From Octopus bimaculoides (taxonomy: Eukaryota), in the NCBI RefSeq assembly GCF_001194135.2, contig NC_068984.1, forward strand, positions 86,622,237 through 86,667,639: 45,403 bases of DNA. Direction: 5' to 3'. The notes beneath the pieces are model-generated. The model saw only the letters and a list, made by a program, of their open reading frames with translations. It had not been told where the DNA came from and made no database searches. Positions 34,772-45,403 of the stretch are shown in pieces; within the stretch, counting starts at the first letter, position 1, and every line of letters begins with the position of its first letter. The translations under genes were made by a program, and so were the position numbers.

Positions 34772-37678
34772 ATTGAAATTGCATTTGTCATGCAATGGTA
34801 ACTCTCAATGATTTTTGTTTTTATTGTGTTTCAAGCAGTTAAAGTTGTATTCACACAACAATAAAAACCAAGCAACTCATTTTCTTGCAATCATTCTAAA
34901 ATAGAAATTAAAAACAATCCACTTTATATAGAAAAGTTATTGTAAATGGTTCCCTGTACAACAAACTAAGATAATGGAATGATGTACAAGAAATGAAAGT
35001 TGAGTGGGATTTAAATGACAACTTCACCAGAACTAAGTTAAGGAAAAATGGAATCTGGATAAAGATTAATCTAATGGAATATTCTTTTATTTGTTTCAGT
35101 CATTTGACTGCGACCATGCTGGAGCATCACCTTTAGTCGAGCAAATCGACCCCAGGACTTTGTAAGCCTAGCACTTATTCTATCGGTCTCTTTTGCCGAA
35201 CCACTAAGTGACAGGGACATAAACACACCAGCATCGGTTGATCAAAAAAAAAAAAAATTGGCAAAGTTAGGCACCAAATGTCTGCTTGGTATAAACATCA
35301 AGTTTCTGTTTGCTGAATATGCAGGCATTGATGATAATGTAGATGAACACTTGTTTATAATGATGACATTAGCAAGTTCATTCATAACAAACATCCCTAG
35401 TAAAAAAATATATTTTTAATTATTTACAAGTGCCAGTAACATTTCAGATGTTTGTTTGAAAAATAAACTTCTAGATATTTAAATTCTGCTTTGAATCGCT
35501 ACTTTTGCACTTTTATTTTTATGAATTTATTGAAGATCATGAAAGATACTGTATATTTCTAGGTCTAAATCTCCTATGCTGAGGAAAGCAAACTCTGCAA
35601 GTTCTAGTCTCAACTCAGTTCACGTGTTTCATATTATACGAACTGTAAAGCCAGAATACTGTCAAATTGTGAGTATATTTTCCAAATGCTGGTATTATTC
35701 TAAATATAGATTTTGTATGTATTTGTAAATGTATATTCTCCAGAATATAGCTTGAAACTATATTTTTACTGATACTAGTATGCTAAAAAAAGTAAGAACT
35801 TTTTATTTTTCAATCTAGTTGTAAAGAGAGTAATGTTTTTATTTAAGCCGACCATATTTGACTCAAATATTGTACCTGTTTTATATTCAAACTGGCCAGA
35901 TTTGACTTTGCATACCTACCCTACAAAATCATTCTAAAAATAGACAATTGCATCATCGAAATGTTGAAGCTACAAGTTAATGCATGGTTAATAGAAAACA
36001 GTTTGAATATATAAGCATTACATTTGGCAGAATAATCTGATGCTAAAGGGTTACTGTTCTGCTAGAGAAAATATGCATAATGTGAATCTCAAACTGAGAA
36101 TATAACATTTATTTTTAAAGAGGTTGGCCTTTTGATCTTTCTAACACAAAAGTGACAGGCTGATGGATCAACCTGATGACTATCTATGGGTTAATGCTGC
36201 AAGCTGAAGACAAAATGTAAAGAAAATTTACTGTGTGCTCACATGTTGTGAGTTTGCAATCTGCTTTACTTAATAGGTATCTGGTTCTAAACTTTAAAAT
36301 ATTCCAGAACATTGAAACATTACTAGTTGTTGTTTAGTCTTGGTTCAGCTCTAACTGAGCAGATCTTTGATCAAAAGTCTTATAGCTGTGACCTCTCTGT
36401 CTTTTTAGGGGCATCTAGAACTACAATATCCCATGTGTACTTTCTTTCTTTAAAAAAGTAGGGTGCATTTTGTGGGAGGTTTGACTGCTGTTTCTAGCAG
36501 GTTAAACAACTATTTACAGGCTCTCTCAGCTAACAATTCAGTTGTGCCACTCGATGAAAATACCAATGAGCATAACTAAAAAGAAAGTAGCATTTGTAAT
36601 TCAGAGGGGAATAATTATTACTTAAGAAGAGATGCTTAAACAGTTCAAGGAAAAATATTGGACTTTGTTAAAGCAGCCCAGTCACAATGACATTGATATG
36701 TAAAACTACTTTTTAAATCTTTCATAAACTTATATTTCATATTGATTTTTTTCTTTCATTACAGTGTAACCAGAAATTTAAATTTGGCTCTAAAATAATG
36801 CGCTGTAAAGGTAAAATTATTCAATTTTCCCTCTCTTTCAATATTTTGTTGTTTTTAACTCCTAATTTTTAAAGATCTTTTTATAAGGTCTTATATATAT
36901 AAGAATTTTTTTTTAATCCTTTTTCTGAACTGAATATTTAAAGTAAATTACATTGTTCCATCTATAGAATAAAGCTGTCATTCTCTTAATGTCCCACTCC
37001 AAGTTGCTATACCACGAGGGGCTATAGATTATCAGTGTAACATGTAAAAGTGGCACATGAATGCCTCTTGTTGTAAAGGTAGCTGTCCATAGATCCCGAG
37101 GAAAGTTTCTCATTCATTTTACACTTCAAAATCTAGTGTTTTATTTTGAACTAATTTTGATTTTTGTTTTTAAATTAACTTATTTCATATAACTGAATTC
37201 CTGATTCCATTTGTTAGTGCTTACCCAATACACCATCTCCTCCCAACACTTCACCTAAAGTCCTTGCTCTTTCTCCTATTCTCTCTCTCAGTAGTGGAGG
37301 CTCTTTCACCCTGTTATTTACAAGATGATCTCACTAGTGCTGGTAGCATGGAAAAAGCACCTAGTGCTCTCTGTAAAGTGATTGGTAAATTGAGAAGCAA
37401 CAGCACAGGTTTTGGGAAGATTCTATCTCTGGTGAGGGCAAAACAACCTCTACAGTGCTAGTGCCACCAAAAAATGCACTCAGTTCATTCTGTTAAATAG
37501 TTGGTGTTGTGAAGGGCATCAAAGTGTAGAAACCAAGCCAAACCTAAGACACTGGGGCAAGCCATGGTCCTCCAGCATGTCAGATCCTGTCAAACTGTCC
37601 TACCCATACAGGTATAAAATGGTGATGGTGAATTTGGCTCACAAAACACATATGCTATGATGCTTATAATATTCGTTA

Positions 37679-37721
<43 letters not shown>

Positions 37722-40700
37722 TCTGAATAAAAGATACACAGAAAGATCTGTAAATGATTTTCTTTTTCTAACAAAGATTTATTTTACTCCACAGAATGTA
37801 AATTTCATCGACATCAAGAATGTGAAGAACAGACTCCTGTGCCTTGTATACCAGTATCAGTTAGAACTCCAGGGCTTACCAAAAACGAAATGGTAATTCT
37901 TTTTTCTGTCTATGACTCAGCTTGTTTACTGTTCAATGACATAAGATTTCAATAATTTTTTCTTTACCGTAAATAAACCCTCTCTATATTTTGCCAATAA
38001 TGTGTAATTAGAAGCTTATGTGTAATTTAGAAGCTTACATCATAACTACAGTTTTGAATTCAGTCTCACTGCTTGGTGCTTTAGAGAAATATCTTCTTTC
38101 AGTTTGAGTCAAGCACAGCATTGTGAGAAAAACTCTGTGAAAGACCATTCTTGTTGTTGGGTAGGTTTAATCCATTGCTAGGTTTAACACCACAACTGGC
38201 CCTTGAGTACCTTTTAGTAGCATCCACTCTATTGCCAATATCAAGTTCAGTTCAGGACAGTGAGCTGGCAGAATTGTTAGCATGCTGTGCAAAATGCTTA
38301 GCAGCATTTTTTGTCTTTACATTCTGAGTTCAAATTCCACCAAGGTTGACGTTACCTTTCATCCTCTTGGCGTAAATAAAATAAGTACCTGTTGATCATT
38401 GGGGTTGATGTAATCAACTTACTCACTCTCTCAAACTTCCAATATCTAGTTCAGGTCTCCTATCCTTAAAAATTAGATATGGGCTTACAATGTGAGTTCT
38501 TGTAATAGACAGATAGACATTTTCATATCATCTTCATCATTTAATGTCATTCCTCCTATGCTAGCATTAGTTGGATGGTTTGATTGGATCATACAAGCTA
38601 GAGGACTGCATCAAGCTCCAATGTCTACTTTGGCATAGTTACTATAGCAGGATGCTTTCCCTAATGCTAGCCACTTTACACAATGTACTGGGTGCTTTTT
38701 TACATGGCAACTGCACTAATGATGTTACCAAGTAACTTGTAAGACAAGACCCTTCAAAAGAGTGAGGTCACAATATTCAGGGAGGTGGCTTTGTACTAGG
38801 TGTTGAGAGGCTAAACTATGAAAGAGGAACAGGTGTCTTACTGTAGAGGAGATACATGACTACTCCTTCAGGGAATAGATATGTACCTCTTGTACTCTCT
38901 GAGACCTCATCTCCTCCAACCTTTCTCTGAGAGAAAGGCTTGTGGAGATGCGGTCTCAGGGTGTAGCCTCCATGATACAAGAATTTAGTTAAAGAGAGCA
39001 TTAAGGATGGCTGAGTGAGTAGGGTTTGCAAAAGTGTGAAAGGAGAGTGATAGATAGTTAGTGACGGGGATAATGGTGAATGGGGGACATGTGTGATTCT
39101 CAGTTTGTGGGATAGTTATGGAAAAATAGGAGTGGGTCAGGAAGGAGGAGGTAGTAGGTGGTAATACATAAAAGAAATTTAGAGAAGTTCTGATTGAAGC
39201 TTTTGGCTAGAAGTGGGAGATAGAGACATGTAACATAGAGGGCAACCTATAGGACAAATCTGCGATAGGTGCAAAGTTCCATCTATACCAAGGGAAATGC
39301 GGTAGCAGAACAGTGAAGTAGACAGAACCATAAAAATAAAGAGACAGGCTTGGAAGAATGGGATTAACAGAGAGTTCTACTCAGTAGCTAGAAAAGAAGC
39401 TAAATGACAAGATATGTGTAGCATAGAATCAGAGATGTAAGGTGTTGCTAGTTGCAAGACAGTGTATCAGAGAATATTGAGATGTAGGATAGAAGTGTGT
39501 ATGGAAGCCTAACTCAATATAAGTGATTCCGCAAAGAAAGGCATGGAAACGCTACTTTGAAAGACTACTAAAATATGGAAAATGCATTGCAGCTTTCCAA
39601 ATTGAATCCAATGGAAGGATCAGCCATTCTAACTGACAGTAGTAGGATAGGTAAAACCAATAAAGGATTTCATGCATATAGATAATATTAGGATAGTTTT
39701 TATCATCATCCTTTAACATCCATTTTCCATGCTGGCTTGGGTTAGACAGTTTGACTGGATCTGGTATGCTGGAGAGCTGCACCAGGTTCCAGTCATCTGT
39801 TTTGGCTTGGTTTCTGCAGCAGGATGCTCTTCCTAATGCCAACCACTCTACAAAATGTATGTGTCACCAGCACTGGCCATGACCGTGGTTTCGCTTAGCC
39901 TGACATGTCTTCTGAAGCACAACAGGTCGCCAGAAGTTTCAGGGAGAAAAGACTTTCTGTTTGTCTCTTTATCTATATCTGTATATCTATACCAAATTGA
40001 AGTCTTCTGGGTTTTCTTTTTCTTTTTTTTTTTTTAAACCTTTTGGCTCTTTCTACCTTTAGCTTATTTTAAAAAAATTTTAAGGCACCCTAATCAATAA
40101 TATGATGTGTAAATGATTTTCATTTTTTGCGAAGGACAATGGTTGGGGTTGTGATATTGTGCTATAGACCACATAATCTGTTCAGATCTTACAACTATAC
40201 AATTTTACTTGCCTCAGTTTTTCCTGATCAGACAAATAGAGCTGTTCCTTCTCTTCACAATCATTTCCTTAGTATTTCATTGAAGATTTCTCTTATTTTA
40301 AAATTACCAATGATTGCTTTCTTTGGCAATAAATTTCTTAAAAGTTTAAATCTATTCTCTTTCTTTTTTTTTTCTTTTTTACCAGGGTGTTCTTGCTGAC
40401 TATGCTGGTCTAGATTCTCCTAGAATTCCTGGGATTATTGTAAGTATTGTTTGCTCTATAGTCTAAAAGAAGAATCCCTTGTTTGTCTCCATTGTCTTCC
40501 ATTGCATTAATTTTTTTCTCTTTATCTAAATTCTTAACCGTTCATTCAGTATCACATGAAATGTCTTCTCTAAACTTTATTCTGTAGCAGCTTTATGTAC
40601 CATTAACTTTGAACAGAGCATTTCTTTGTTATTATCTTTTTCTTTGTCACATGATTTGAGCTTTACATAGTGTTTATAGTGTTGTTTATCCTAACATCAG

Positions 40701-43700
40701 TCCTGACTGAGCAAACCCACATTCAGATATTACATTTTCTGACTTCTTTTTCTCTTCTCTGTTTTTTTTCTTTTTTGTATGTCTCAGATTACAAAATGTT
40801 CTTTTGTTCAGGGAAATTTATAGGCTGAATAACTGAAGAGATTCCCTCGTCAGTGATTTATATTGGTAGCACTTATGCTATTTTCTGTATCCTTATTAGT
40901 ACTTTAAAAAACAAAAAAATTGATAATAATAATAGTTATATATATATTCCAAAAATTTTAAAACTTAATTTCTTGATTATTTTATAGCAACGTCTTACTG
41001 CTGAAGTTGAACGCCGTGGTCTTAATGAAGTTGGAATTTACAGAGTTCCTGGGTAAATATTATTATTAATGAACACTTATTTTAGATAAATGATTTGCAA
41101 TTATCAAGGTTATTTCTGAATATCTTGAATGTTATTCATTCATCTTCCATTGTTATTTCTCACCAGGATTCTGAAAATATATTGCAACTGTGATAAGTGA
41201 AGTCAGTTCGCTGATGACAATCATTAAATTTCAGACATGTACCCCATACTTTCAACAGTTCATTTTATTGGGTGCAATATATCAAGTGGAATAATAAATA
41301 TTAATTTTGAATCTGGATTGTGTTATGCATAGGGAGGTGTCTATTATTGAGGACTAATCATTTTAAGCCAGAGAACTGCACTGGCCTCCAGTCTGCCTTG
41401 GCTTGATTTCTATGGCTAGATGTCCTTCCTAATGCCAATGACTCAACAATGTCTTTTATGTGTCACCAGCACAGGTGCCTTTCACATGTCACTGATATGG
41501 GTGCCTTTCACATGTCACCGGCATGGGTGCCTCTCACATGTCACCAGCACAGGTGCCTTTCACATGTCACAAGAGATGTTTTAACATAACACCATTCACC
41601 AAAAACAGACTTACTCAAGTTGAGTTTAACAGGAATCTTTTTCATAAAGTTAGTTGATATGACATTTGCTTTTGTTTCGGTTTATAGTTCTGAACGAGAA
41701 GTCAGGGAACTAAAGGATAAATTTCTTAGAGGCAAAGGGACACCAAACTTGGTGAGTAATATAGCTTTTACATCTTAATTTCTTAGCCCTTTTGATACCA
41801 ACCCACCTGAGACTGCCCTGGTTCAATGATAATTTTTTGTTTTAAAGTAATTTAACTTAAAAATTTCCATCAAAACTCCATGTTAATTCATGTTCTACTA
41901 ACCAACTTGCAAATGAGTTACTTTATTCTTCATTCTTTTCAAAACGAATTGATACAAAGACAGTATATGTCAACATAGGTATGCTAACAAATGGGTTAAT
42001 GGTCACAATGTTTAAAATTTATATATTTTTAAAATGACATGACTGTTTTTTTGGCATACATATTTGGTCATTAAATGTTGTGACTCTTGGCTAGAAGATC
42101 CCTCCTCCAAACTGTATTAGTACAATGCATAATGGATGGCACATTAAAAAGTGTCTGAAAGAATGAACATCTGATTGCTAATACTGCAACTATATTCTCT
42201 ATTCATACTAAATGTGTACCATGATTCAGTGGAACACCACAGTATTTCTCTGTATGTTCACATACACCTTTTTTATTGATTTGATACAAGGACATGAATT
42301 TGTTTCAGTGCAGTTATAATCAATTGAATCAATTTCCGTTCACAATTCCTACTTATTTTATGAACTTTTAAGGGATAAGAACCAAACTGAACACCAACTG
42401 ATTTATAAGACAGGCAAACCTAAATACTGTAAGCTATTTAGTCAGACACTCCATTATTTGTTCTGCTGTACTCACTCCTATCATGTGACTACAAATTGTC
42501 TATTTCAGTCTCTCATTGATGACATCAATGTTATTTGTGGCTGTTTGAAAGATTTCCTACGATCTCTGAAAGATACATTGGTCACTTATGAATTGTGGCC
42601 TCGTTTCATAAAATCCGTCAATGGTAGGTTCTCCATAGTTTGATTTCTATCATTATTTTCTACTTAATCTGAGTTATATTGATGAAAGTGTTGTTGATTT
42701 GGATAATGCTGAAACTCTGGAAAGTAAAAAAAAAATCTCTTAACTTTGCATTTGCCCACATGTACCAAAATCGTTTTCCTTTTCTTTCTCCAGAATATGA
42801 TAATAAAGCCAACATTCAAGCTGCTCTTTGTGAAGTAATTAGTCGCATGCCACAAGCTAATCGTGACACATTAGCATTCTTGATAAAACATCTACAATAG
42901 TAAGTAATCTTTAAAATTTTGTTTTTGTACATGTTGGCACTCCGTCGCTTACGACGTAAAGGGTTCCAGTTGATCCGATCAACGGAACAGCCTGCTAGTG
43001 AAATTAACGTGCAAGTGGCTGAGCACTCCACAGACACGTGTACCCTTAACGTAGTTCTCGGGGAAGATTCAGCGTGACACAGTGTGACAAGGCTGACCCT
43101 TTGAATTACAGGCACAACAGAAACAGGAAGTAAGAGTGAGAGAAAGTTGTGGTGAAAGAGTACAGCAGGGTTCGCCACCATCTCCTGCCGGAGCCTCGTG
43201 GAGCTTTAGGTGTTTTCACTCAATAAACACTCACAATGCCCGGTCTGGGAATCGAAACTGTGATCCTATGACCGCGAGTCCACTGCCCTAACCACTGGGC
43301 CATTGCGCCTCCACTTTTTGTACATAGATATGTGTCAAAAGTAGTGCTGGTTGTATTTAAATTTTGTCAATTATGGGCAAAACTAGGATTACAAGTTAGA
43401 CAACATTGCTAGATCATGTTATTAAATCTTATTTATTTCAGTGTTTCTCAGACTCCTGATTGCCGAATGCCCAAACAGAATTTAGCTAAAGTGTTTGGGC
43501 CTACCATTGTTGGGTTTTCGTCTCTTAATCCAAATCCTGCTGAAATTTTTAAAGAAACTAAATTACAGTCAGAAGTAAGTATATTCTATTTATTATTGGT
43601 TCATTTGGGGGGGGGGGTTAACATCCTTTTTACCATGCTCACATGAATCAGACAGAATATTGTTGAAGCAGATTTTCTATAACCAGATGGCCTTCTTATT

Positions 43701-44659
43701 GCCAACCCTCACCTGTTTTCCAAGTAAGGTAATATTTCACTATAATCAGGCATGTTTACTCAGAATATTGGAAATAAAGGACACCTCTTGCATGACAGTG
43801 ATATTTGTTAATGTAATGTTATGGCAAGGAGACAGTACACACATGTACAATGGGCTTCTTTCAATTTCCATCTACCAAGTCTATTCACAAGGGTTTGGTT
43901 GGCCCATGGCTATAGTAAAAGACTTGCCCAAGGTGTTATGCAGTGGGATTGAACCTAGAACCACATGAATGGGTTCTTACCACACAACCACGTCTGCTTA
44001 ATACCAATTTGTATTCCAGTTTATAATAGTGTTGAGTATTTATTGCAATGAGTATCTTACTGAAAATTAGAACAATGCCAACCAAAATATAATGTAGTCG
44101 ATATTATTATGTCTGTTTAGCCTCAAGTCAGCCTGAGTTGAGCTGATCCATCCCAAAGCATTCCAGCCATGGTTGTCATGACTATCTTTTTTCCAGTACT
44201 TCATTATCCATTACCACAAAGAGTGTTATTGAGAGATATGGCTGCTATTTCTCGTGAGTTGAGCAGAAGTTCCCTCATTGGCTCTTATGTCTGTCACCAA
44301 GTACCATATTTTATATCCATCCTTACCATTTTAAGAAATTTCTACTTGCTGTACTTAATACTCAAAATGTAAATGCTTGGAAGGTTTTCTTTTCTTTTCT
44401 TTCTTTTTTTTTTGTTGTTTTTCTTCTCCCTAATTATCACCTTTGGTCAGTTATTCATTTGGGGTTGTCATTTGTGAAATAGAAACCAAAATATTGACAA
44501 AAGTTTTTTAAAATTTTCTCTGATAATATTTTCTCTCTTCTGAACTTCAGGTTATGGAACATTTACTTGATATATCAACAGAGTACTGGAATACATTTTT
44601 GAGGTCCAGCAACGCAAACATAGAAAACCAGACACCTCATACTCCTGAAGAAAAACATG
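24529..44659 (+). CDS. RACGAP1: Rac GTPase-activating protein 1 (centralspindlin subunit), spliced CDS of 17 exons, 3'-incomplete in window
   Basis: Manually spliced exons 24529-24607, 25872-26013, 27170-27230, 27716-27840, 29573-29717, 31556-31709, 34260-34350, 35563-35668, 36765-36810, 37795-37892, 40386-40439, 40988-41052, 41688-41751, 42509-42623, 42794-42899, 43442-43574, 44551-44659 give one open frame (1693 nt, all introns GT-AG). Motifs match RACGAP1 as I recall it: LKHARNQ coiled coil, LSDISYD, C1 domain, GIYRVPG arginine finger, LKDFLRSL, PQANRDTLAFL, NLAKVFGPTIV. Confidence 0.97.
25872..26013 (+). CDS. RACGAP1: RACGAP1 coding exon 2 (coiled coil, ...LETELKHAR)
   Basis: acceptor tctcag, donor CG|gtaatt; similar to human LDVKLKHAR. 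Confidence 0.95.
26225..26395 (+). mobile_element. RTE 3' tail fragment
   Basis: aagaagggcatccaacc...gccagcatggaaaat. Confidence 0.65.
27170..27230 (+). CDS. RACGAP1: RACGAP1 coding exon 3 (NQIKFEFQKRSQVENDRVTL)
   Basis: acceptor ttctgcag, donor TTG|gtgagt; frame-compatible. Confidence 0.93.
27370..27580 (+). mobile_element. SINE family 2
   Basis: ttggcagaattg...aaataagtacca...ggggtcgatgtaatcgact. Confidence 0.72.
27716..27840 (+). CDS. RACGAP1: RACGAP1 coding exon 4 (ENLIEMIRNLL...KLAFLN...)
   Basis: acceptor tttgcag, donor AG|gtatgt; similar to human IQLIREML...LAFLN. Confidence 0.93.
29150..29480 (+). mobile_element. SINE family 3
   Basis: ggctgtatggtaagaagtttgcttcccaac...gagtggatttggtagatggaaactgaaagaag + (TA)n(TG)n. 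Confidence 0.72.
29573..29717 (+). CDS. RACGAP1: RACGAP1 coding exon 5 (SCLSDISYDVTDDDLD)
   Basis: acceptor gtttttag, donor GAC|gtaagt; similar to human ILSDISFDKTDESLD. Confidence 0.94.
29905..30060 (+). mobile_element. SINE family 3, 5' half
   Basis: ggctgtgtggtaagaagcttgcttcccaaccacatggttccgggttcag. Confidence 0.75.
30214..30223. other. Assembly gap
   Basis: 10 N flanked by duplicated sequence. Confidence 1.
30312..31050 (+). mobile_element. RTE fragment (ORF C-terminus plus part of 3' UTR)
   Basis: CVQTAMLHGSETWAL...MLCWMCNV, GRGRPRKTW; homologous to 3727-4340 in opposite orientation. Confidence 0.88.
31556..31709 (+). CDS. RACGAP1: RACGAP1 coding exon 6 (RDTSIITKTRIHV...)
   Basis: acceptor ttatag, donor G|gtttgt; similar to human ESIVAKTTVTV. 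Confidence 0.88.
31735..32075 (-). mobile_element. SINE family 3
   Basis: Head and tail both present; internal (CA)n. Confidence 0.75.
32871..33785 (-). mobile_element. Internally deleted RTE copy (complete 3' UTR fused to pre-RT region)
   Basis: (ATG)n tail and ~470-bp UTR joined at ~33337-33340 to sequence equivalent to 5149-5610 (GPAIRIDSTLVDKAIKGMKTGKAPGPSGITAEMLK). Confidence 0.85.
34260..34350 (+). CDS. RACGAP1: RACGAP1 coding exon 7 (linker)
   Basis: acceptor catctcag, donor GA|gtatgt; bridges phase 1 to phase 2 as required by neighbouring exons. Confidence 0.82.
34707..34770. repeat. (CT)n microsatellite
   Basis: direct. Confidence 0.95.
35087..35240 (-). mobile_element. SINE family 3, 3' part
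   Basis: tttcagtcatttgactgcgaccatgctggagca...gtcgagcaaatcgaccccaggac. Confidence 0.75.
35563..35668 (+). CDS. RACGAP1: RACGAP1 coding exon 8 (start of C1 domain, HVFHIIRTVKPEYCQI)
   Basis: acceptor tttctag, donor ATT|gtgagt. Confidence 0.92.
36765..36810 (+). CDS. RACGAP1: RACGAP1 coding exon 9 (46 nt, CNQKFKFGSKIMRCK)
   Basis: acceptor attacag, donor G|gtaaaa; similar to human CGKRIKFGKLSLKC. Confidence 0.92.
37683..37718. repeat. (TA)n microsatellite
   Basis: direct. Confidence 0.95.
37795..37892 (+). CDS. RACGAP1: RACGAP1 coding exon 10 (end of C1, CKFHRHQECEEQTPVPC)
   Basis: acceptor ccacag, donor ATG|gtaatt. Confidence 0.94.
38260..38432 (+). mobile_element. SINE family 2
   Basis: gagctggcagaattgttagc...ttctgagttcaaattcc...aataagtacc. 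Confidence 0.72.
39700..39930 (-). mobile_element. RTE 3' tail fragment
   Basis: catcatcctttaacatccattttccatgctggc...ttcctaatgccaaccact. Confidence 0.72.
40386..40439 (+). CDS. RACGAP1: RACGAP1 coding exon 11 (GVLADYAGLDSPRIPGII)
   Basis: long polypyrimidine tract + accag, donor ATT|gtaagt. Confidence 0.94.
40988..41052 (+). CDS. RACGAP1: RACGAP1 coding exon 12 (arginine finger GIYRVPG)
   Basis: acceptor tttatag, donor GG|gtaaat. Confidence 0.96.
41460..41570. repeat. 26-bp minisatellite x4 grown from an RTE 3' UTR motif
   Basis: gtcaccagcacaggtgcctttcacat-type unit, directly following an RTE tail (41350-41460). Confidence 0.8.
41688..41751 (+). CDS. RACGAP1: RACGAP1 coding exon 13 (SEREVRELKDKFLRGKGTPNL)
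   Basis: acceptor tttatag, donor TTG|gtgagt. Confidence 0.95.
42509..42623 (+). CDS. RACGAP1: RACGAP1 coding exon 14 (DDINVICGCLKDFLRSL)
   Basis: acceptor atttcag, donor G|gtaggt. Confidence 0.96.
42794..42899 (+). CDS. RACGAP1: RACGAP1 coding exon 15 (MPQANRDTLAFLIKHLQ)
   Basis: acceptor tctccag, donor TA|gtaagt (split codon TA+T = Tyr). Confidence 0.95.
42933..43314 (-). mobile_element. tRNA-derived SINE, family 1
   Basis: TSD tttttgtacat 42922-42932/43315-43325. Confidence 0.93.
43442..43574 (+). CDS. RACGAP1: RACGAP1 coding exon 16 (NLAKVFGPTIVG)
   Basis: acceptor tttcag, donor GAA|gtaagt. Confidence 0.96.
43690..43995 (-). mobile_element. SINE family 3 (long-tail variant)
   Basis: aatgggcttctttcaatttccatctacc...gcagtgggattgaacctagaaccacatg. 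Confidence 0.65.
44551..44659 (+). CDS. RACGAP1: RACGAP1 coding exon 17 (VMEHLLDISTEYW...TPHTP)
   Basis: acceptor acttcag, donor G|gttagc; similar to human VVERLLSLPLEYW; gene continues past the window. Confidence 0.94.
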
Positions 44660-44687
44660 GTTAGCTTTAATCAAAATTAACTTTAAT

Positions 44688-45160
44688 CATCATCATCATC
44701 ATCGTTTAACGTCAGCTTTCCATGCTAGCATGGGTTGGACGATTTGACTGAGGACTGGCAAGCCAGAAGGCTGCACCAGGCTCCAATCTGATCTGGCAGA
44801 GTTTCTGCAGCTGGATGCCTTTCCTAATGCCAACCACTCCGAGAGTGTAGTGGGTGCTTTTACGTGCCACCAGCATGAGGGCCAGTCACATGGTACTGGC
44901 AACGGCCACACTCAAAAGGTGTTTTTTTAAGTGCCATCTGCACGGGAACCAGTCCAACGGCACTGGCCACGACCTTGCTCGAATGATTTTCTAATGTGCC
45001 ACCAGCACAAGTGCTAGAAGGCAACGCTGGTAACGATTATGCTCTAATGGTGCTATTTACGGGCCACTAGCATGGAAGCCAGACAGCTGCTCTGGCAATG
45101 AACACGCTCGACAGTGCTGTCAGTGCTCCACTGGCGTGGTGACCAGTCATCGAGTATGGT
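44688..45160 (-). mobile_element. RTE 3' UTR
   Basis: (CAT)n + gtttaacgtcagctttccatgctagcatggg..., internal ~70-bp subrepeats. Confidence 0.85.
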
Positions 45161-45196
45161 TCAATTACAATTTAACGAATCATTAAATTTCATTTA

Positions 45197-45403
45197 CATC
45201 ATCATCATCATCATCATCATCGTTTAACGTCCGCTTTCCATGCTAGCATGGGTTGGACGATTTGACTGAGGACTGGTGAAACCGGATGGCAACACCAGGC
45301 TCCAGTCTGATTTGGCAGAGTTTCTACAGCTGGATGCCCTTCCTAACGCCAACCACTCAGAGAGTGTAGTGGGTGCTTTTACGTGTCACCCGCACGAAAA
45401 CGG
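45197..45403 (-). mobile_element. RTE 3' UTR (runs off window)
   Basis: (CAT)n + gtttaacgtccgctttccatgctagcatggg. Confidence 0.85.

Noticed and set aside
42898-42900. Apparent premature stop (TAG) suggesting a RACGAP1 pseudogene
   Set aside because: The G belongs to the GT donor; splicing gives TAT (Tyr) and the frame continues in exon 16.
42816-43181. 121-aa and other short ORFs over SINEs and RTE tails
   Set aside because: They are translations of non-coding repeats or antisense frames.

Overview
AT-rich, repeat-dense animal genomic DNA. The repeat families look like those of cephalopods, most likely Octopus; this is recognition, not a database result. The window holds one host gene, RACGAP1 (MgcRacGAP/CYK-4/tumbleweed), on the + strand. 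I reconstructed 17 coding exons by hand (24529-44659, 1693 nt, 564 codons, all GT-AG, frame continuous), covering the N-terminal coiled coil, an intact C1 zinc finger and the RhoGAP domain; the 3' end lies beyond the window. A likely promoter and non-coding first exon sit at ~6770-6930, giving a ~17.6 kb first intron. The rest is mobile DNA: RTE LINE copies and 3' tails, three tRNA-type SINE families, several MITEs, a Helitron-like end, and two assembly gaps. The most unusual structure is at 17633-21650. A ~340-bp partially tandem repeat carries a minimal type I hammerhead ribozyme (retrozyme/Penelope-like). Two diverged ~1.7-1.8 kb ORF1-only retroelements (gag-like, CCHC knuckle, no EN/RT) sit head-to-tail at one 14-bp motif directly upstream of the ribozyme. 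Also notable: a 5'-inverted RTE with twin-priming geometry that contains a Merlin-like MITE, two ~180-190 bp local templated insertions into repeats, and a SINE tail resembling the 3' end of the ORF1-only element.
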